Counted from the first letter of the stretch, positions 1-8,894 are shown. The stretch is 32,000 nt of DNA from Delftia acidovorans NBRC 14950 (GCF_001598795.1 NZ_BCZP01000002.1:90001-122000), one strand, 5' to 3'. Made by a program: numbers and translations. The notes: generated by a model from the sequence alone, not told the origin.

Positions 1-120
1 CGCCTCGTTGTTGGCCGGGTGGATGTATCCGGCCGCCGATGCCATGCCGGGCAGCAGCAGCGCTGCCGATGCGGCCAGGCCGGCGATGAGGGTGGCGGGG
101 GTGAAGCGGCGTTGCGACAT
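1..120 (-). CDS. N-terminal fragment (40 codons) of a secreted protein; product unknown, the rest lies left of the window
   Basis: The reverse strand from the ATG at 120 reads MSQRRFTPATLIAGLAASAALLLPGMASAAGYIHPANNEA and stays open to base 1. An AAGGA Shine-Dalgarno lies 9 nt upstream. A basic n-region (RR), hydrophobic core and ASA-A site form a Sec/Tat-like signal peptide. Third codon positions are mostly G/C. Confidence 0.55.
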   Translation of the reverse strand, partial: MSQRRFTPATLIAGLAASAALLLPGMASAAGYIHPANNEA

Positions 121-197
121 GATGTGATTCCTTTCAGGCACGTTGGTAATTCGTTCTCCCCACGCCCCGCGATGCGGAACGCCGAGGAGAGGACTCC

Positions 198-252
198 AAT
201 GTAGAAATCACGTGCCCACACCAGCCCCACAGGATGGTGACATTGCTGTCAT
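198..252 (-). promoter_or_regulatory. Candidate metal-responsive promoter: CusR/CopR-type box-like dyad (237-252) plus -10-like hexamer (198-203)
   Basis: GTGACATTGCTGTCAT at 237-252 has the same TGACA-N4-TGTCA arms as the perfect site at 9412-9427. It matches 11 of 14 specified positions of ATGACAANNTTGTCAT. On the minus strand a TACATT hexamer follows 33 nt downstream, the same geometry as at the czcI-like promoter (32 nt). Confidence 0.4.
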
Positions 253-297
253 ACAACCGACACAGATGACCGCGCCACGGTGGCGCCTCGGCGCTCG

Positions 298-1050
298 TCA
301 CCCCCGGTACTGCGCACGCGCTCGGCCGGGCGCCAGAGGGTCCAGGCGCACGTCCAGCAGGCCCTCGGCATCGCCCGCGATGCGCGCCAGCGTCTGGCCG
401 AAGGGATCGGCGAACTGGCTTTCGCCGCAGAAGGCGTAGCTGTCGCCGGGACCGGCGCGGTTGGCCATGGCGATGTAGCACTGGTTGTCCATGGCGCGCA
501 CGGGCACGGCGTGGCGATGGATGTGGCCGTAGGGGTGCATCATCCCGTCCATCAGCACGATCAGGTCCACGCCCTGCACGCCCAGGGCGCGGGCCGGTAC
601 CGGAAACTCGATGTCGAAGCAGATCAGCATTCCCACTCGCAGGCCGCGCCATGTGCAGACGGGCTGGCGATCTCCGGCCTCGAAGACCCCGTGGTCCGAG
701 TCGTAGAGCATGGTCTTGCGGTAGTGCAGCAGCACCTGCCCGTCGGCATCGATCAGCAGGCCGGCATTGAAGTGGCGGCCCCGGTCCGCTTCGGCCAGGC
801 CGATGGCGACGGCCACGCCGGCTTGCCGCGCGGCCTCGCGCAGCGCGGTGGCCGAGGGGCCGTCCAGCGGCTCGGCCAGCTGCGCCACGTTGTCCGGCCG
901 GGGAAATCCGCTGATGCAGGTTTCGGGAAAGACCAGCAGGTCGGCCTGCCCTGCGCTGGCCCTGATCGTCTTCAGCGTCATCGCCAGGTTGCCGGCAATG
1001 TCGCCGTCGCGCAGACGGGGCTGGATGATGCGGATGCGGTGCTCCGTCAT
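298..1050 (-). CDS. Carbon-nitrogen hydrolase (nitrilase superfamily) amidase/carbamoylase-like protein, 250 aa
   Basis: This is the C-terminal 250 aa of the 298-3195 ORF, starting at MTEHRIRIIQPRL (ATG at 1050). Glu-Lys-Cys triad contexts are present: LVFPETCISGF, LHYRKTMLY, GMLICFDIEFP. Its ATG overlaps the stop of the upstream permease (ATGA, 1047-1050). Confidence 0.9.
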   Translation of the reverse strand: MTEHRIRIIQPRLRDGDIAGNLAMTLKTIRASAGQADLLVFPETCISGFPRPDNVAQLAEPLDGPSATALREAARQAGVAVAIGLAEADRGRHFNAGLLIDADGQVLLHYRKTMLYDSDHGVFEAGDRQPVCTWRGLRVGMLICFDIEFPVPARALGVQGVDLIVLMDGMMHPYGHIHRHAVPVRAMDNQCYIAMANRAGPGDSYAFCGESQFADPFGQTLARIAGDAEGLLDVRLDPLAPGRARAQYRG

Positions 1051-2561
1051 GGTGTGCGCTCCTTGAGATGCAAAGGGTGGCTGTCCTGCCGCGGCTGGCA
1101 ACTGGCGGCCTCCTCGGCCTGCAGATCCAGGTTGCGGGCCAGCACCCAGTAAAGGCCGCCGGCTACGAGAATGCCCGGCAGCCAGGCGAAGTCCACGCCG
1201 CCGAGCCGCTGCGCAGCCCAGCCGATGAAGACCGCATGGCCATCCGTGGCGTCGTGGATGTGGAAGAAGGGCACCATGGCCGCAAAGCCGCCCAGATAGG
1301 CGCAGATGCCGCGCCAGCCCCAGGCGCCGTAGATGCCTTGTGGCGTGAAGAAATCGGCGATGGCGTAGCGGCCCTTGCGCACCAGGAAATAGTCCACGAG
1401 GTTGACCGCCGTCCACGGCACCAGGAAGTACAGCAGCAGCGCCAGGAAGGAGTGCAGCAATGCCACGCCGCTGCCCTGGATGGACAGCACGCACGCGAGG
1501 ATGGCGGCGCTGATGGCGGCGATGGCACCGATGCGTGCACCGAGTGTGCCGAGTGCTTTGCGTGCACTGCGCGTGGGGCGCAGGCCGCCCAGCGAATCCG
1601 CTGCCGTGAGCACGGTCAGCGCCGCGCTGTAGGTGTTGAGGGCGATGATGGGCACGAAGGCCACGACGGCCAGGGCAGGCAGCAGCCGGTCCGCGACCGG
1701 GAACAGGCCGGTGCCGATCCGTCCCAGCGCCGCCAGCGCGTCGCCGGCCTGCAGCCGCTGCGCCATCCACGCGCCCAGCCCGATCATCCAGGCCCCGGAC
1801 AGCGATGCGCCCAGGAAGATGGCTGCGATCAGGCGCCGGGGCGCGGTATGGCGCGGCAGGTACCGCGAATAGTCGGACACATAGGGCGCATAGGAGATGT
1901 TGTAGCTGGCAGCGATGGTGAACTGCGCGGCAAAGGCGCTCCATGCGAATCCTGGCAATGGCTCCGGCCGAACGTGCAAGGCGGGCTCGCCCACGCCTGC
2001 CAGCAACGCCAGCGTGGCCAGCGCATACAGCGGCAGCGCCAGCATCAGCGCGCAGCGGAAGGCCCTGTGCATCACATCGTGGCCGCAGACTGCCAGCAAG
2101 GCGCCTACCGCCACGGCCACGCAGGCCGTGGGCGCTGGCGGCAGGCCGAACACGGCCTGCATGCCCTGCATGATGAGCGAGACGTTGACGACGTTGAACC
2201 CCGTGAACACCAGCAGCGTGGCGCACAGCGGCAGGGTGACGCCGCGAAAGCCGAACTGCGCGCGCGACTGGATCATCTGCGGCAGCCCCAGCTGCGGCCC
2301 CTGCGCGCCGTGCAGCGCCATGAACAGCGTGCCGAACATGATGCCCAGCGTGCCGGCCAGGGCGCTCCAGGGCGCCGAGAGCCCCAGCGACGGGCCGACG
2401 AAGCCGATGGAAAGCGTGAAGAAGTGGAAGTTGCCCAGGAACCAGAACGGCCCCTGGTCGGCGAGCCGCGCGTGACGCTCGCTGTCGGGAATGCAGTCGA
2501 TGGACCGGCTCTCCACGGCGATGCGGCCACGGCCGTGCTGTCCGCTGGCGGGGCTGTTCAT
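1047..2561 (-). CDS. NCS1-family (purine-cytosine/hydantoin/allantoin type) permease, 504 aa
   Basis: The 504-aa polytopic membrane protein has an N-terminal motif (IDCIPDSERHARLADQGPFWFLGNFHFFTLSIGF) typical of CodB/NCS1 permeases. A GGGAGGGAGA ribosome-binding region lies before the ATG at 2561. Confidence 0.85.
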   Translation of the reverse strand: MNSPASGQHGRGRIAVESRSIDCIPDSERHARLADQGPFWFLGNFHFFTLSIGFVGPSLGLSAPWSALAGTLGIMFGTLFMALHGAQGPQLGLPQMIQSRAQFGFRGVTLPLCATLLVFTGFNVVNVSLIMQGMQAVFGLPPAPTACVAVAVGALLAVCGHDVMHRAFRCALMLALPLYALATLALLAGVGEPALHVRPEPLPGFAWSAFAAQFTIAASYNISYAPYVSDYSRYLPRHTAPRRLIAAIFLGASLSGAWMIGLGAWMAQRLQAGDALAALGRIGTGLFPVADRLLPALAVVAFVPIIALNTYSAALTVLTAADSLGGLRPTRSARKALGTLGARIGAIAAISAAILACVLSIQGSGVALLHSFLALLLYFLVPWTAVNLVDYFLVRKGRYAIADFFTPQGIYGAWGWRGICAYLGGFAAMVPFFHIHDATDGHAVFIGWAAQRLGGVDFAWLPGILVAGGLYWVLARNLDLQAEEAASCQPRQDSHPLHLKERTP

Positions 2562-2579
2562 GGCCTTGTCTCCCTCCCG

Positions 2580-2602
2580 TTGTCCTTGCTGTTGTGGGAC
2601 AA
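2580..2602. promoter_or_regulatory. Inverted repeat TTGTCC-N11-GGACAA in the leader/promoter of the permease-hydrolase operon
   Basis: Perfect 6-bp arms at 2580-2585 and 2597-2602 sit 19-41 nt upstream of the permease ATG. It is a possible operator, but no cognate regulator is visible in the window. Confidence 0.25.
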
Positions 2603-2712
2603 ATTCTAGGCAGGAGCCTGCCGCCGCTCCATGCCTGATGCGCGACGTTCACATCGACTGGAAAAGATGTTTGGCCAGCCGGCCAGCCCCTGGTGCCGAG
2701 GCGGCCGGGCAT

Positions 2713-2765
2713 GAAGAAAACCCCGCGCCGCCTGGCTGCCACAGGGCCTGCCAGGCGGCATGGGG
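2713..2765 (-). terminator. Intrinsic terminator of the czc operon
   Basis: On the minus strand a GC-rich stem has a perfect 9-bp core (2728-2736 pairs with 2750-2758). It extends to 2721-2765 with one mismatch and one G-U pair, and is followed directly by UUUUCUUC (2720-2713). The structure starts 25 nt after the czcA stop codon. Confidence 0.55.
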
Positions 2766-2789
2766 GGCGTGGGTGGCGTGGGTGGCGTG

Positions 2790-5700
2790 CTACGCGGCTG
2801 GTGCCGATGCCGTGGGCACTGCGCCTGCGGCGTCCGCTTCCGACGGGTCGTTGCGGTGCACCAGACGGTACAGCAGCGGCAGCACCAGCAAGGTCAGCAG
2901 CGTGGACGACAGGATGCCGCCGATCACCACCGTGGCCAGCGGACGCTGCACCTCGGCGCCCGTGCCCGTGGCAATGGCCATGGGAACGAAGCCCAGCGAG
3001 GCGACAAGCGCCGTCATCAGCACGGGGCGCAGCCGGGTGAGCGCGCCCTCGGTCACGGCGTCGGGCACGCTGGCGCCCTGTTCGCGCAAGGTTCTGATCC
3101 AGGAGATCATGACCAGGCCGTTGAGCACGGCCACGCCCGACAGCGCGATGAAGCCCACCGCCGCCGAGATGGACAGCGGTATGTCGCGCAGCCACAGCGC
3201 CAGGATGCCGCCCGTGAGCGCGAACGGAATGCCCGTGAAGACCACCAGCCCGTCGCGCACATTGCCGAACATGGCGAACAGCAGCACGAAGACCATCAGC
3301 AGGGCCACGGGCACGACGATCTGCAGGCGGCGCGTGGCCGACTCCAGGTTCTCGAAGGTGCCGCCCCAGCGCGTCCAGTAGCCGGGCGGCAGCGACAGGC
3401 CTTGCAGCTTTTGCTGTGCTTCGCCCACGAAGGAGCCCATGTCGCGCCCGCGCACATTGGCGCTGACCACGATGCGGCGCTTGCCGTCTTCGCGGCTGAC
3501 CTGGTTGGGGCCGGGCGCGGTCTCGAACGTGGCCACGGCCGACAGCGGCACGAAGCCGATGCGCCCGTCCGCCCCGCGCGGCAGGGCGATGGGCAGGCGG
3601 CTCAGGACCTGCAGGTCGTTGCGCACGGCGTCCGGCAGGCGCACCTGGATGTCGAAGCGCCGGTCGCCCTGGAATACCGTGCCGGCCTCGGTGCCGCCCA
3701 TCGCGGTGCTGATGGCGTCCTGCACATCGCCCATGTTCAGGCCATAGCGCGAGGCCTTTTCGCGGTCGATCTGCACGGTGAGCATGGGCAGGCCCGTGGC
3801 CTGCTCGACCTTGACCTCGGAGGCGCCCGAAATCTGCTGCAGCATGCCGGCCACGGTCTGGGCGCTTTTCTCCAGCACGGCCATGTCGTCGCCGAAGATC
3901 TTCACGGCCACGTCGCTGCGCACGCCCGAGATCAGCTCGTTGAAGCGCAGCTGGATCGGCTGGGAGAACTCGTAGTTGTTGCCGGGGATGCTGTCCACCA
4001 GCGCCTGCACGGCGGCCAGCAGGTCCTCGCGCGGGCGCGCCGGGTCAGGCCACTCGCTGCGGGCTTTCAGCATGATGTAGCCGTCGGAGATGTTGGGCGG
4101 CATGGGGTCGGAGGCGATCTCGGCCGTGCCGGTGCGCGCGAACACGCGGTCGATCTCGGGGAACTCCTTCTTGAGCGCCGTCTCGATCTGCATCTGCATT
4201 TGCAGCGACTGCGTAAGGCTGGTGCCGGGGATGCGCAGCGCCTGGATGGCGAAGTCGCCCTCGTTGAGGTTAGGGGCGAACTCGCTGCCCAGGCGCGTGG
4301 CCAGCAGCAGGCTCAGCGCCACGGCCACGGCGGCGGCCGTGAGCACCACGGCGGGCGCGGCCATGACGCGCGCCAGCACGGGCGCATAGGCGCGGCGCGC
4401 CCAGCCCATGAGGCGGTTTTCCTTCTCGGCCACCTTGTCGCCCATGAACAGCGCAATCGCCGCCGGGATGAAGGTGATGGACAGCAGCATGGCGCCGGCC
4501 AGCGCGATGACCACCGTGAGCGCCATGGGATGGAACATCTTGCCCTCCACACCCGTGAGCGCGAAGATGGGCAGGTAGACCACCATGATGATGAGCTGGC
4601 CGAACAGCAGCGGGCGGCGCGCTTCCTTCGCGGCGGCGAAGACTTCATGGAAGCGTTCGCTGCGCGTCAGCGACCGTCCTCGCGCCTCCTGCGCATGCGC
4701 CAGGCGGCGCACGCAGTTCTCCACGATGACCACGGCGCCGTCGATGATGATGCCGAAGTCCAGCGCCCCCAGGCTCATGAGGTTGGCGCTGACCTTGTAG
4801 TGCACCATGCCCGTGAAGGTGAACAGCATGGACAGCGGGATGATCAGCGCCGTGATCAGCGCCGCGCGCAGGTTGCCCAGGAACAGGAAGAGGATGACCA
4901 CCACCAGGGCCGCGCCCTCCACCAGGTTCTTCTTGACCGTGGCGATGGCCTTGTCCACCAGGTTGGTGCGGTCGTAGACGGTGATGGCCTTGACGCCCGG
5001 GGGCAGGCCCCGGTTGATCTCGGCCATGCGCTGGTCCACGGCGCGCGAGACGGTGCGGCTGTTCTCGCCGATCAGCATGAACACCGTGCCCAGCACCACC
5101 TCGCGGCCGTTGTCGGTGGCCGCTCCCGTGCGCAGCTCCTGCCCCAGGCCCACCTCGGCCAGATCGCGGATGCGGATGGGCTGGCCCTGGGCCGAGCCCA
5201 CGATGACCTCGCGGATGTCGGCGATGCCGCCGACCTGGCCCGGCGCGCGGATCAGGTACTGCTCGCCCTGGCGCTCGATATAGCCCGCACCCACGTTGCT
5301 GTTGTTGCGCTGCAGGGCGGTGACGATGTCGGCCAGCGTGAAGCCGTAGGCCGCCAGCTTCTCGGGCGCTGGCGCCACCAGGTACTCCTTGGCGTAGCCG
5401 CCGATGGAGTTGATTTCGGTCACGCCGGGCACGTTGCGCAGCTGCGGCTTGATGACCCAGTCCTGGATCTCGCGCAGGTCCATGGGCGTGTAGGGCGTGC
5501 CGTCGGGCTTTTTCGCATCGTCCTCGGCCTCCACGGTCCACAGGTAGATCTCGCCCAGGCCCGTGGAGATGGGGCCCAGCGTGGGCGTGATGCCGGCAGG
5601 CAGGCTGTCGCGCGCCTGCTGTATGCGCTCGCCCACCAGTTGCCGCGCAAAGTAGATGTCCGTGCCGTCCTTGAACACCACGGTGACCTGGGACAGGCCG

Positions 5701-5963
5701 TAGCGCGACAGCGAGCGCGTCTGCTCCAGATACGGCAGGCCAGCCATCACCGTCTCTATGGGATAGGTGATGCGCTGCTCGGTCTCCAGCGGCGAGTAGC
5801 CGCTGGCCTGGGTGTTGATCTGCACCTGGACATTGGTGATGTCGGGCACGGCGTCGATGGGCAGGCGCTGGTAGTTGTAGATGCCCAGGCCCGCCATGGC
5901 CAGCACGGCCAGCAGGACCAGCCAGCGCTGCTCTATGGCAAATCGGATGATGCGTTCAAACAT
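2790..5963 (-). CDS. czcA: CzcA/CusA-family heavy-metal efflux RND inner-membrane pump, 1057 aa
   Basis: MFERIIRFAIEQRWLVLLAVLAMAGLGIYNYQRLPIDAVPDITNVQVQINT is the canonical HME-RND N-terminus. The protein is about 1050 aa with 12 TM helices and large periplasmic loops. A GGAGAA Shine-Dalgarno is present. The gene is last in a C-B-A order. Confidence 0.95.
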   Translation of the reverse strand: MFERIIRFAIEQRWLVLLAVLAMAGLGIYNYQRLPIDAVPDITNVQVQINTQASGYSPLETEQRITYPIETVMAGLPYLEQTRSLSRYGLSQVTVVFKDGTDIYFARQLVGERIQQARDSLPAGITPTLGPISTGLGEIYLWTVEAEDDAKKPDGTPYTPMDLREIQDWVIKPQLRNVPGVTEINSIGGYAKEYLVAPAPEKLAAYGFTLADIVTALQRNNSNVGAGYIERQGEQYLIRAPGQVGGIADIREVIVGSAQGQPIRIRDLAEVGLGQELRTGAATDNGREVVLGTVFMLIGENSRTVSRAVDQRMAEINRGLPPGVKAITVYDRTNLVDKAIATVKKNLVEGAALVVVILFLFLGNLRAALITALIIPLSMLFTFTGMVHYKVSANLMSLGALDFGIIIDGAVVIVENCVRRLAHAQEARGRSLTRSERFHEVFAAAKEARRPLLFGQLIIMVVYLPIFALTGVEGKMFHPMALTVVIALAGAMLLSITFIPAAIALFMGDKVAEKENRLMGWARRAYAPVLARVMAAPAVVLTAAAVAVALSLLLATRLGSEFAPNLNEGDFAIQALRIPGTSLTQSLQMQMQIETALKKEFPEIDRVFARTGTAEIASDPMPPNISDGYIMLKARSEWPDPARPREDLLAAVQALVDSIPGNNYEFSQPIQLRFNELISGVRSDVAVKIFGDDMAVLEKSAQTVAGMLQQISGASEVKVEQATGLPMLTVQIDREKASRYGLNMGDVQDAISTAMGGTEAGTVFQGDRRFDIQVRLPDAVRNDLQVLSRLPIALPRGADGRIGFVPLSAVATFETAPGPNQVSREDGKRRIVVSANVRGRDMGSFVGEAQQKLQGLSLPPGYWTRWGGTFENLESATRRLQIVVPVALLMVFVLLFAMFGNVRDGLVVFTGIPFALTGGILALWLRDIPLSISAAVGFIALSGVAVLNGLVMISWIRTLREQGASVPDAVTEGALTRLRPVLMTALVASLGFVPMAIATGTGAEVQRPLATVVIGGILSSTLLTLLVLPLLYRLVHRNDPSEADAAGAVPTASAPAA

Positions 5964-5986
5964 GGAGTTCTCCGTTCATGCCCGCA

Positions 5987-7363
5987 TCAATGGGAGTGCT
6001 CGGCCGTGGCCTTGCCCAGCTCGGCCTTGAGCATGAAACTGCCCTCGGCCACGTAGGATTGGCCGGGTTTCAGGCCTTCCAGCACCTCGGTGGTCTTGCC
6101 GTCGGCGCGGCCCATGCGCACGGGCTGGGCGCGAAAGCCCCCCTGCACGGGCACGAAGACCACGGTCTGCTGCTCCATCTTCTGCAGCGCCTGCGTGGCC
6201 ACGGCCAGCGGCGCCTGCCGGGACGATGCCGTCAGCTCCACGTTCACGAACAGGCCCGGGCGCCACACGCCGTCGGGGTTGGGCAGGGTGATGCGCGCGG
6301 GGGCCGTGCGCGTGTCCTGGCCGATCAGTGCGCCCACATAGGCCACCTCGCCCGTGGCCGAGGAGTCGAAGGCCGTGGCGCGCACCGTGGCCTTCTCGCC
6401 CACACGCACGGCAGGCAGGTCGGGGGCGGACACGCGCATCTCGGCCCAGACGCTGCGCAGGTCGGAGATGGTGAAGACCTGGGTGGTGTCCTGCACGGCC
6501 TCGCCCACGGACAGGTGCTTTTCCACGATCACGCCGTCAAACGGCGCACGCAGCTCGAAGCGGTTGAGCCCGCCCGCACCACCGCCGGCACCGGCGCCCG
6601 TGGCGGCCAGCTTCTGCTGGGCGTTGGAGACGGCGATCTCGGCCTCGCGCAGCGCCTGGCGCGCCTGCAGGTAGTCCTGCTCGGCCGAGACCTTCTCCTC
6701 CCACAGCTGCTTTTCACGTGCGTAGGTGGTGCGGGCCAGCTCCAGGCGCTTGCTGGCGGCCAGCAGTTCGCTGCGCTGCTCGGACACGGCGGCGCTGCTG
6801 AGCACGGCCAGCAGCTGGCCCTTCTTCACGTTCTGGCCCAGGTTGGCGGGAACGCTCTCGGCAATGCCGGCCACGCGCGGCACGACGTGGGCCGTGCGGT
6901 CTTCGTTGAAGCGGATCTCCCCGGGCAGCTGCAGCACGGAGCGCACGGTGGCCGGACCGGCCTCGGCCAGGCGCACGCCGGCCGCCTGCATGCGCTGGGC
7001 GTCCATGGCGATCAGGCCTTCTTCGTCGCCATGGCCGGCTTCTGCAGCCGGTTTGGCGGCAGGTTGGGCGGCAGGCTTGGCCTCGGCTTTTTCCGCCTTG
7101 GAGTCTTCATGGTGTTCATCGTCGGCATGGCCTTCGTCGTGCTTGTGGCCATCGGCTGCGGCTGCGGCGGCGCCGTGGTGCTCGCCATCGGCATGGCCTG
7201 CGGCCTCGCTGTGGCCGTGGCCATGGCTGTCGGCCTTGGCAGCGCCTGGCGTGCCGCTGCGCAGGATCAGCGTGGCGGCCAGCGCGCCCAGGGCCAGGAT
7301 GACGGCAATGGCCACGAGGGTGCGGCGCGGTCCGAGGGGGGAGGAGGAGGGCTTGGTGTTCAT
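5987..7363 (-). CDS. czcB: CzcB-family membrane fusion (periplasmic adaptor) protein with His-rich N-terminal extension, 458 aa
   Basis: It has an N-terminal TM anchor and then a 65-residue stretch containing 12 His (SHGHGHSEAAGHADGEHH...GHKHDEGHADDEHH...GHGD). The rest shows RND-adaptor architecture: coiled-coil LQARQALREAEIAVSNAQQKL and a beta-barrel C-terminus. It lies 23 nt upstream of czcA. Confidence 0.9.
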   Translation of the reverse strand: MNTKPSSSPLGPRRTLVAIAVILALGALAATLILRSGTPGAAKADSHGHGHSEAAGHADGEHHGAAAAAADGHKHDEGHADDEHHEDSKAEKAEAKPAAQPAAKPAAEAGHGDEEGLIAMDAQRMQAAGVRLAEAGPATVRSVLQLPGEIRFNEDRTAHVVPRVAGIAESVPANLGQNVKKGQLLAVLSSAAVSEQRSELLAASKRLELARTTYAREKQLWEEKVSAEQDYLQARQALREAEIAVSNAQQKLAATGAGAGGGAGGLNRFELRAPFDGVIVEKHLSVGEAVQDTTQVFTISDLRSVWAEMRVSAPDLPAVRVGEKATVRATAFDSSATGEVAYVGALIGQDTRTAPARITLPNPDGVWRPGLFVNVELTASSRQAPLAVATQALQKMEQQTVVFVPVQGGFRAQPVRMGRADGKTTEVLEGLKPGQSYVAEGSFMLKAELGKATAEHSH

Positions 7364-7393
7364 GGTCTGGATGCAATCAGGTTGCTATCGGAA

Positions 7394-8728
7394 TCAGAGG
7401 CCGGATTCGGTGCCCAGCAGGCGGTCGATGTCGGCGGCGGCGCGGTGGGTGGCCAGCAGCTGGTCCAGGTACTGGCTGCGCGCCTCGGACCAGGTGCGTT
7501 GTGCGTCCAGCACGTCGAGGTAGCCGAACTTGCCCAGCGCAAACCCGCGCGAGGCCAGCTCGTAGGCCGTGCGCGCCGTGGGCAGCACCTCCTCGGCCAG
7601 CTGGCGCGCCTGCTCGCGGCTGGCCTGCAGCAGCTCGCGCGCCTCGAACAGCTGGGCCTGCAGCTGAACGCGCGTGGCCAGCAACTGCTCCTCGGCCTGG
7701 TCGGCCAGGCGCAGGGCCTGCAGCTGGTTGCCCCGGTTGCTGTCGAGCACGGGCAGGGGCACGGAGACGCCGACCACGAGCTGGTTGCGCCCGACCTCGG
7801 TGGCGCGCTTGACGCCCAGGCTGACGGTGGGATCGGGCAGGCGCCGCGCACGCTCCAGGTCGGCCGTGGCGCGGCTTTGCTCCAGCGCCTGGCGCGCACG
7901 CAGCACGGCGGGAGCCTGTTCGATGCGCTGCTGCAGGGCGGCCAGCTCAGGCAGCTGGGGCAGGGCGTCCACCGCGCCCTCGGCCTGGCCGAAGGGGCGC
8001 ACTCGCTCGCCCCACAGCGCCTGCAGCTGGCCGCGCGCCACGCGCAGGCCCGAGCGGGCCTGGGCCTGCTCCAGGCGGGCGCCGGATTCGGCCACGCGGG
8101 CCCGGGTTTCCTCCAGCGGCGCCACCTTGCCGGCCGCCACGCGCCGGGCTGCGGCCTCGCGCGCACTGCTGGCGATCTCCAGCGTCTGCCCGGCCAGGAC
8201 CACGCGCTGCTGCGCAGCCAGCACGCCGAAGAAGGCCGTGCCCACGTCGGCGCGCAGCGCAGCCTCGGCCCCCGCCAGCTCGGCCTGCGCCAGGTCGCGA
8301 CCGCGCTCGGCCACGCGCATGCGGGCCTCGCGCTTGCCGCCCACTTCCAGGGTCTGGTTCAGCTGCACGGTCAGTGTGCGGGTGCTGCGGCGCGTGTCCT
8401 CCTGCGACCAGGCCAGCTCGGGGTTGGGCCGGGCACGGCTTTGGAGCACGGCGCCATCGCTGGCCTCCAGCGCACGGCGGGCCGCACGCAGGCCGGGGTT
8501 GCCGTCCAGCGCCAGGGCCAGGGCCTGCTGCAGGTCCAGCGGCGGGCCTGCCGGTGTGGACTCGGAAACAGCGGCTGCAGATGGCGCAGCCGCATCGGCA
8601 GGCTCGCCCGCCTGCACGGCGCCGCAAGCGGTCAGCACGGCCATCACCAGCAGGGCGCGCGGCCCGGGCCAGGCGCTCCATGGTGCGTGGGAAGCCGTCC
8701 TCGACGGAAAGGACGAAGGGAAAGACAT
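7394..8728 (-). CDS. czcC: CzcC/TolC-family outer-membrane efflux lipoprotein, 444 aa
   Basis: A signal peptide with lipobox VLTAC is followed by two TolC-like repeats rich in LxxAxxxL coiled-coil segments. An AAGGAG Shine-Dalgarno is present. The gene is first of the C-B-A triplet. Confidence 0.9.
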   Translation of the reverse strand: MSFPSSFPSRTASHAPWSAWPGPRALLVMAVLTACGAVQAGEPADAAAPSAAAVSESTPAGPPLDLQQALALALDGNPGLRAARRALEASDGAVLQSRARPNPELAWSQEDTRRSTRTLTVQLNQTLEVGGKREARMRVAERGRDLAQAELAGAEAALRADVGTAFFGVLAAQQRVVLAGQTLEIASSAREAAARRVAAGKVAPLEETRARVAESGARLEQAQARSGLRVARGQLQALWGERVRPFGQAEGAVDALPQLPELAALQQRIEQAPAVLRARQALEQSRATADLERARRLPDPTVSLGVKRATEVGRNQLVVGVSVPLPVLDSNRGNQLQALRLADQAEEQLLATRVQLQAQLFEARELLQASREQARQLAEEVLPTARTAYELASRGFALGKFGYLDVLDAQRTWSEARSQYLDQLLATHRAAADIDRLLGTESGL

Positions 8729-8894
8729 ACACGGACTCCTTGCCCGCGCGCAGGTCAGGCCTGATCGTTCATCAGCCGGTCAGGCCGCTGCGGCGGGCGC
8801 GCACGGCCCATGGCCGCTGAGCGCGAGGGGATTTCAGGGAATGCCGGTCCGGGGCAGAAACAGGGCCATGCCCGGCCGGCGGCTGCAGGGGGCG

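Noticed and set aside
2766-2789. A 9-bp tandem repeat, GGCGTGGGT x 2.7, directly after the czcA stop codon.
   Set aside because: It is real in the sequence, but it is tiny, non-coding and squeezed between the stop codon and the terminator stem. It is most simply explained as slippage in a GC-rich 3' UTR, and I see no evidence of function.
298-3195. The 965-aa ORF read as a single gene.
   Set aside because: Only the last 250 codons (from the ATG at 1050) show the nitrilase-superfamily triad. The upstream part overlaps the NCS1 permease gene in another frame and runs into czcA. It translates to Arg/Gly/Ala/Pro-rich low-complexity sequence.
2760-6056. The 1098-aa ORF on the plus strand, together with similar giants at 5978-8764 (+), 12680-14953 (+), 13825-16182 (+), 18942-20441 (-), 20709-21983 (-), 22684-24783 (-), 25061-26941 (+), 27899-29746 (-), 10126-11637 (-) and 1068-2609 (+).
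   Set aside because: Each lies antisense to, or out of frame with, a gene that has clear family motifs. Their translations are Arg/Gly/Ala/His/Gln-rich low-complexity strings with no recognisable domains. Long stop-free antisense frames are expected at this GC content.
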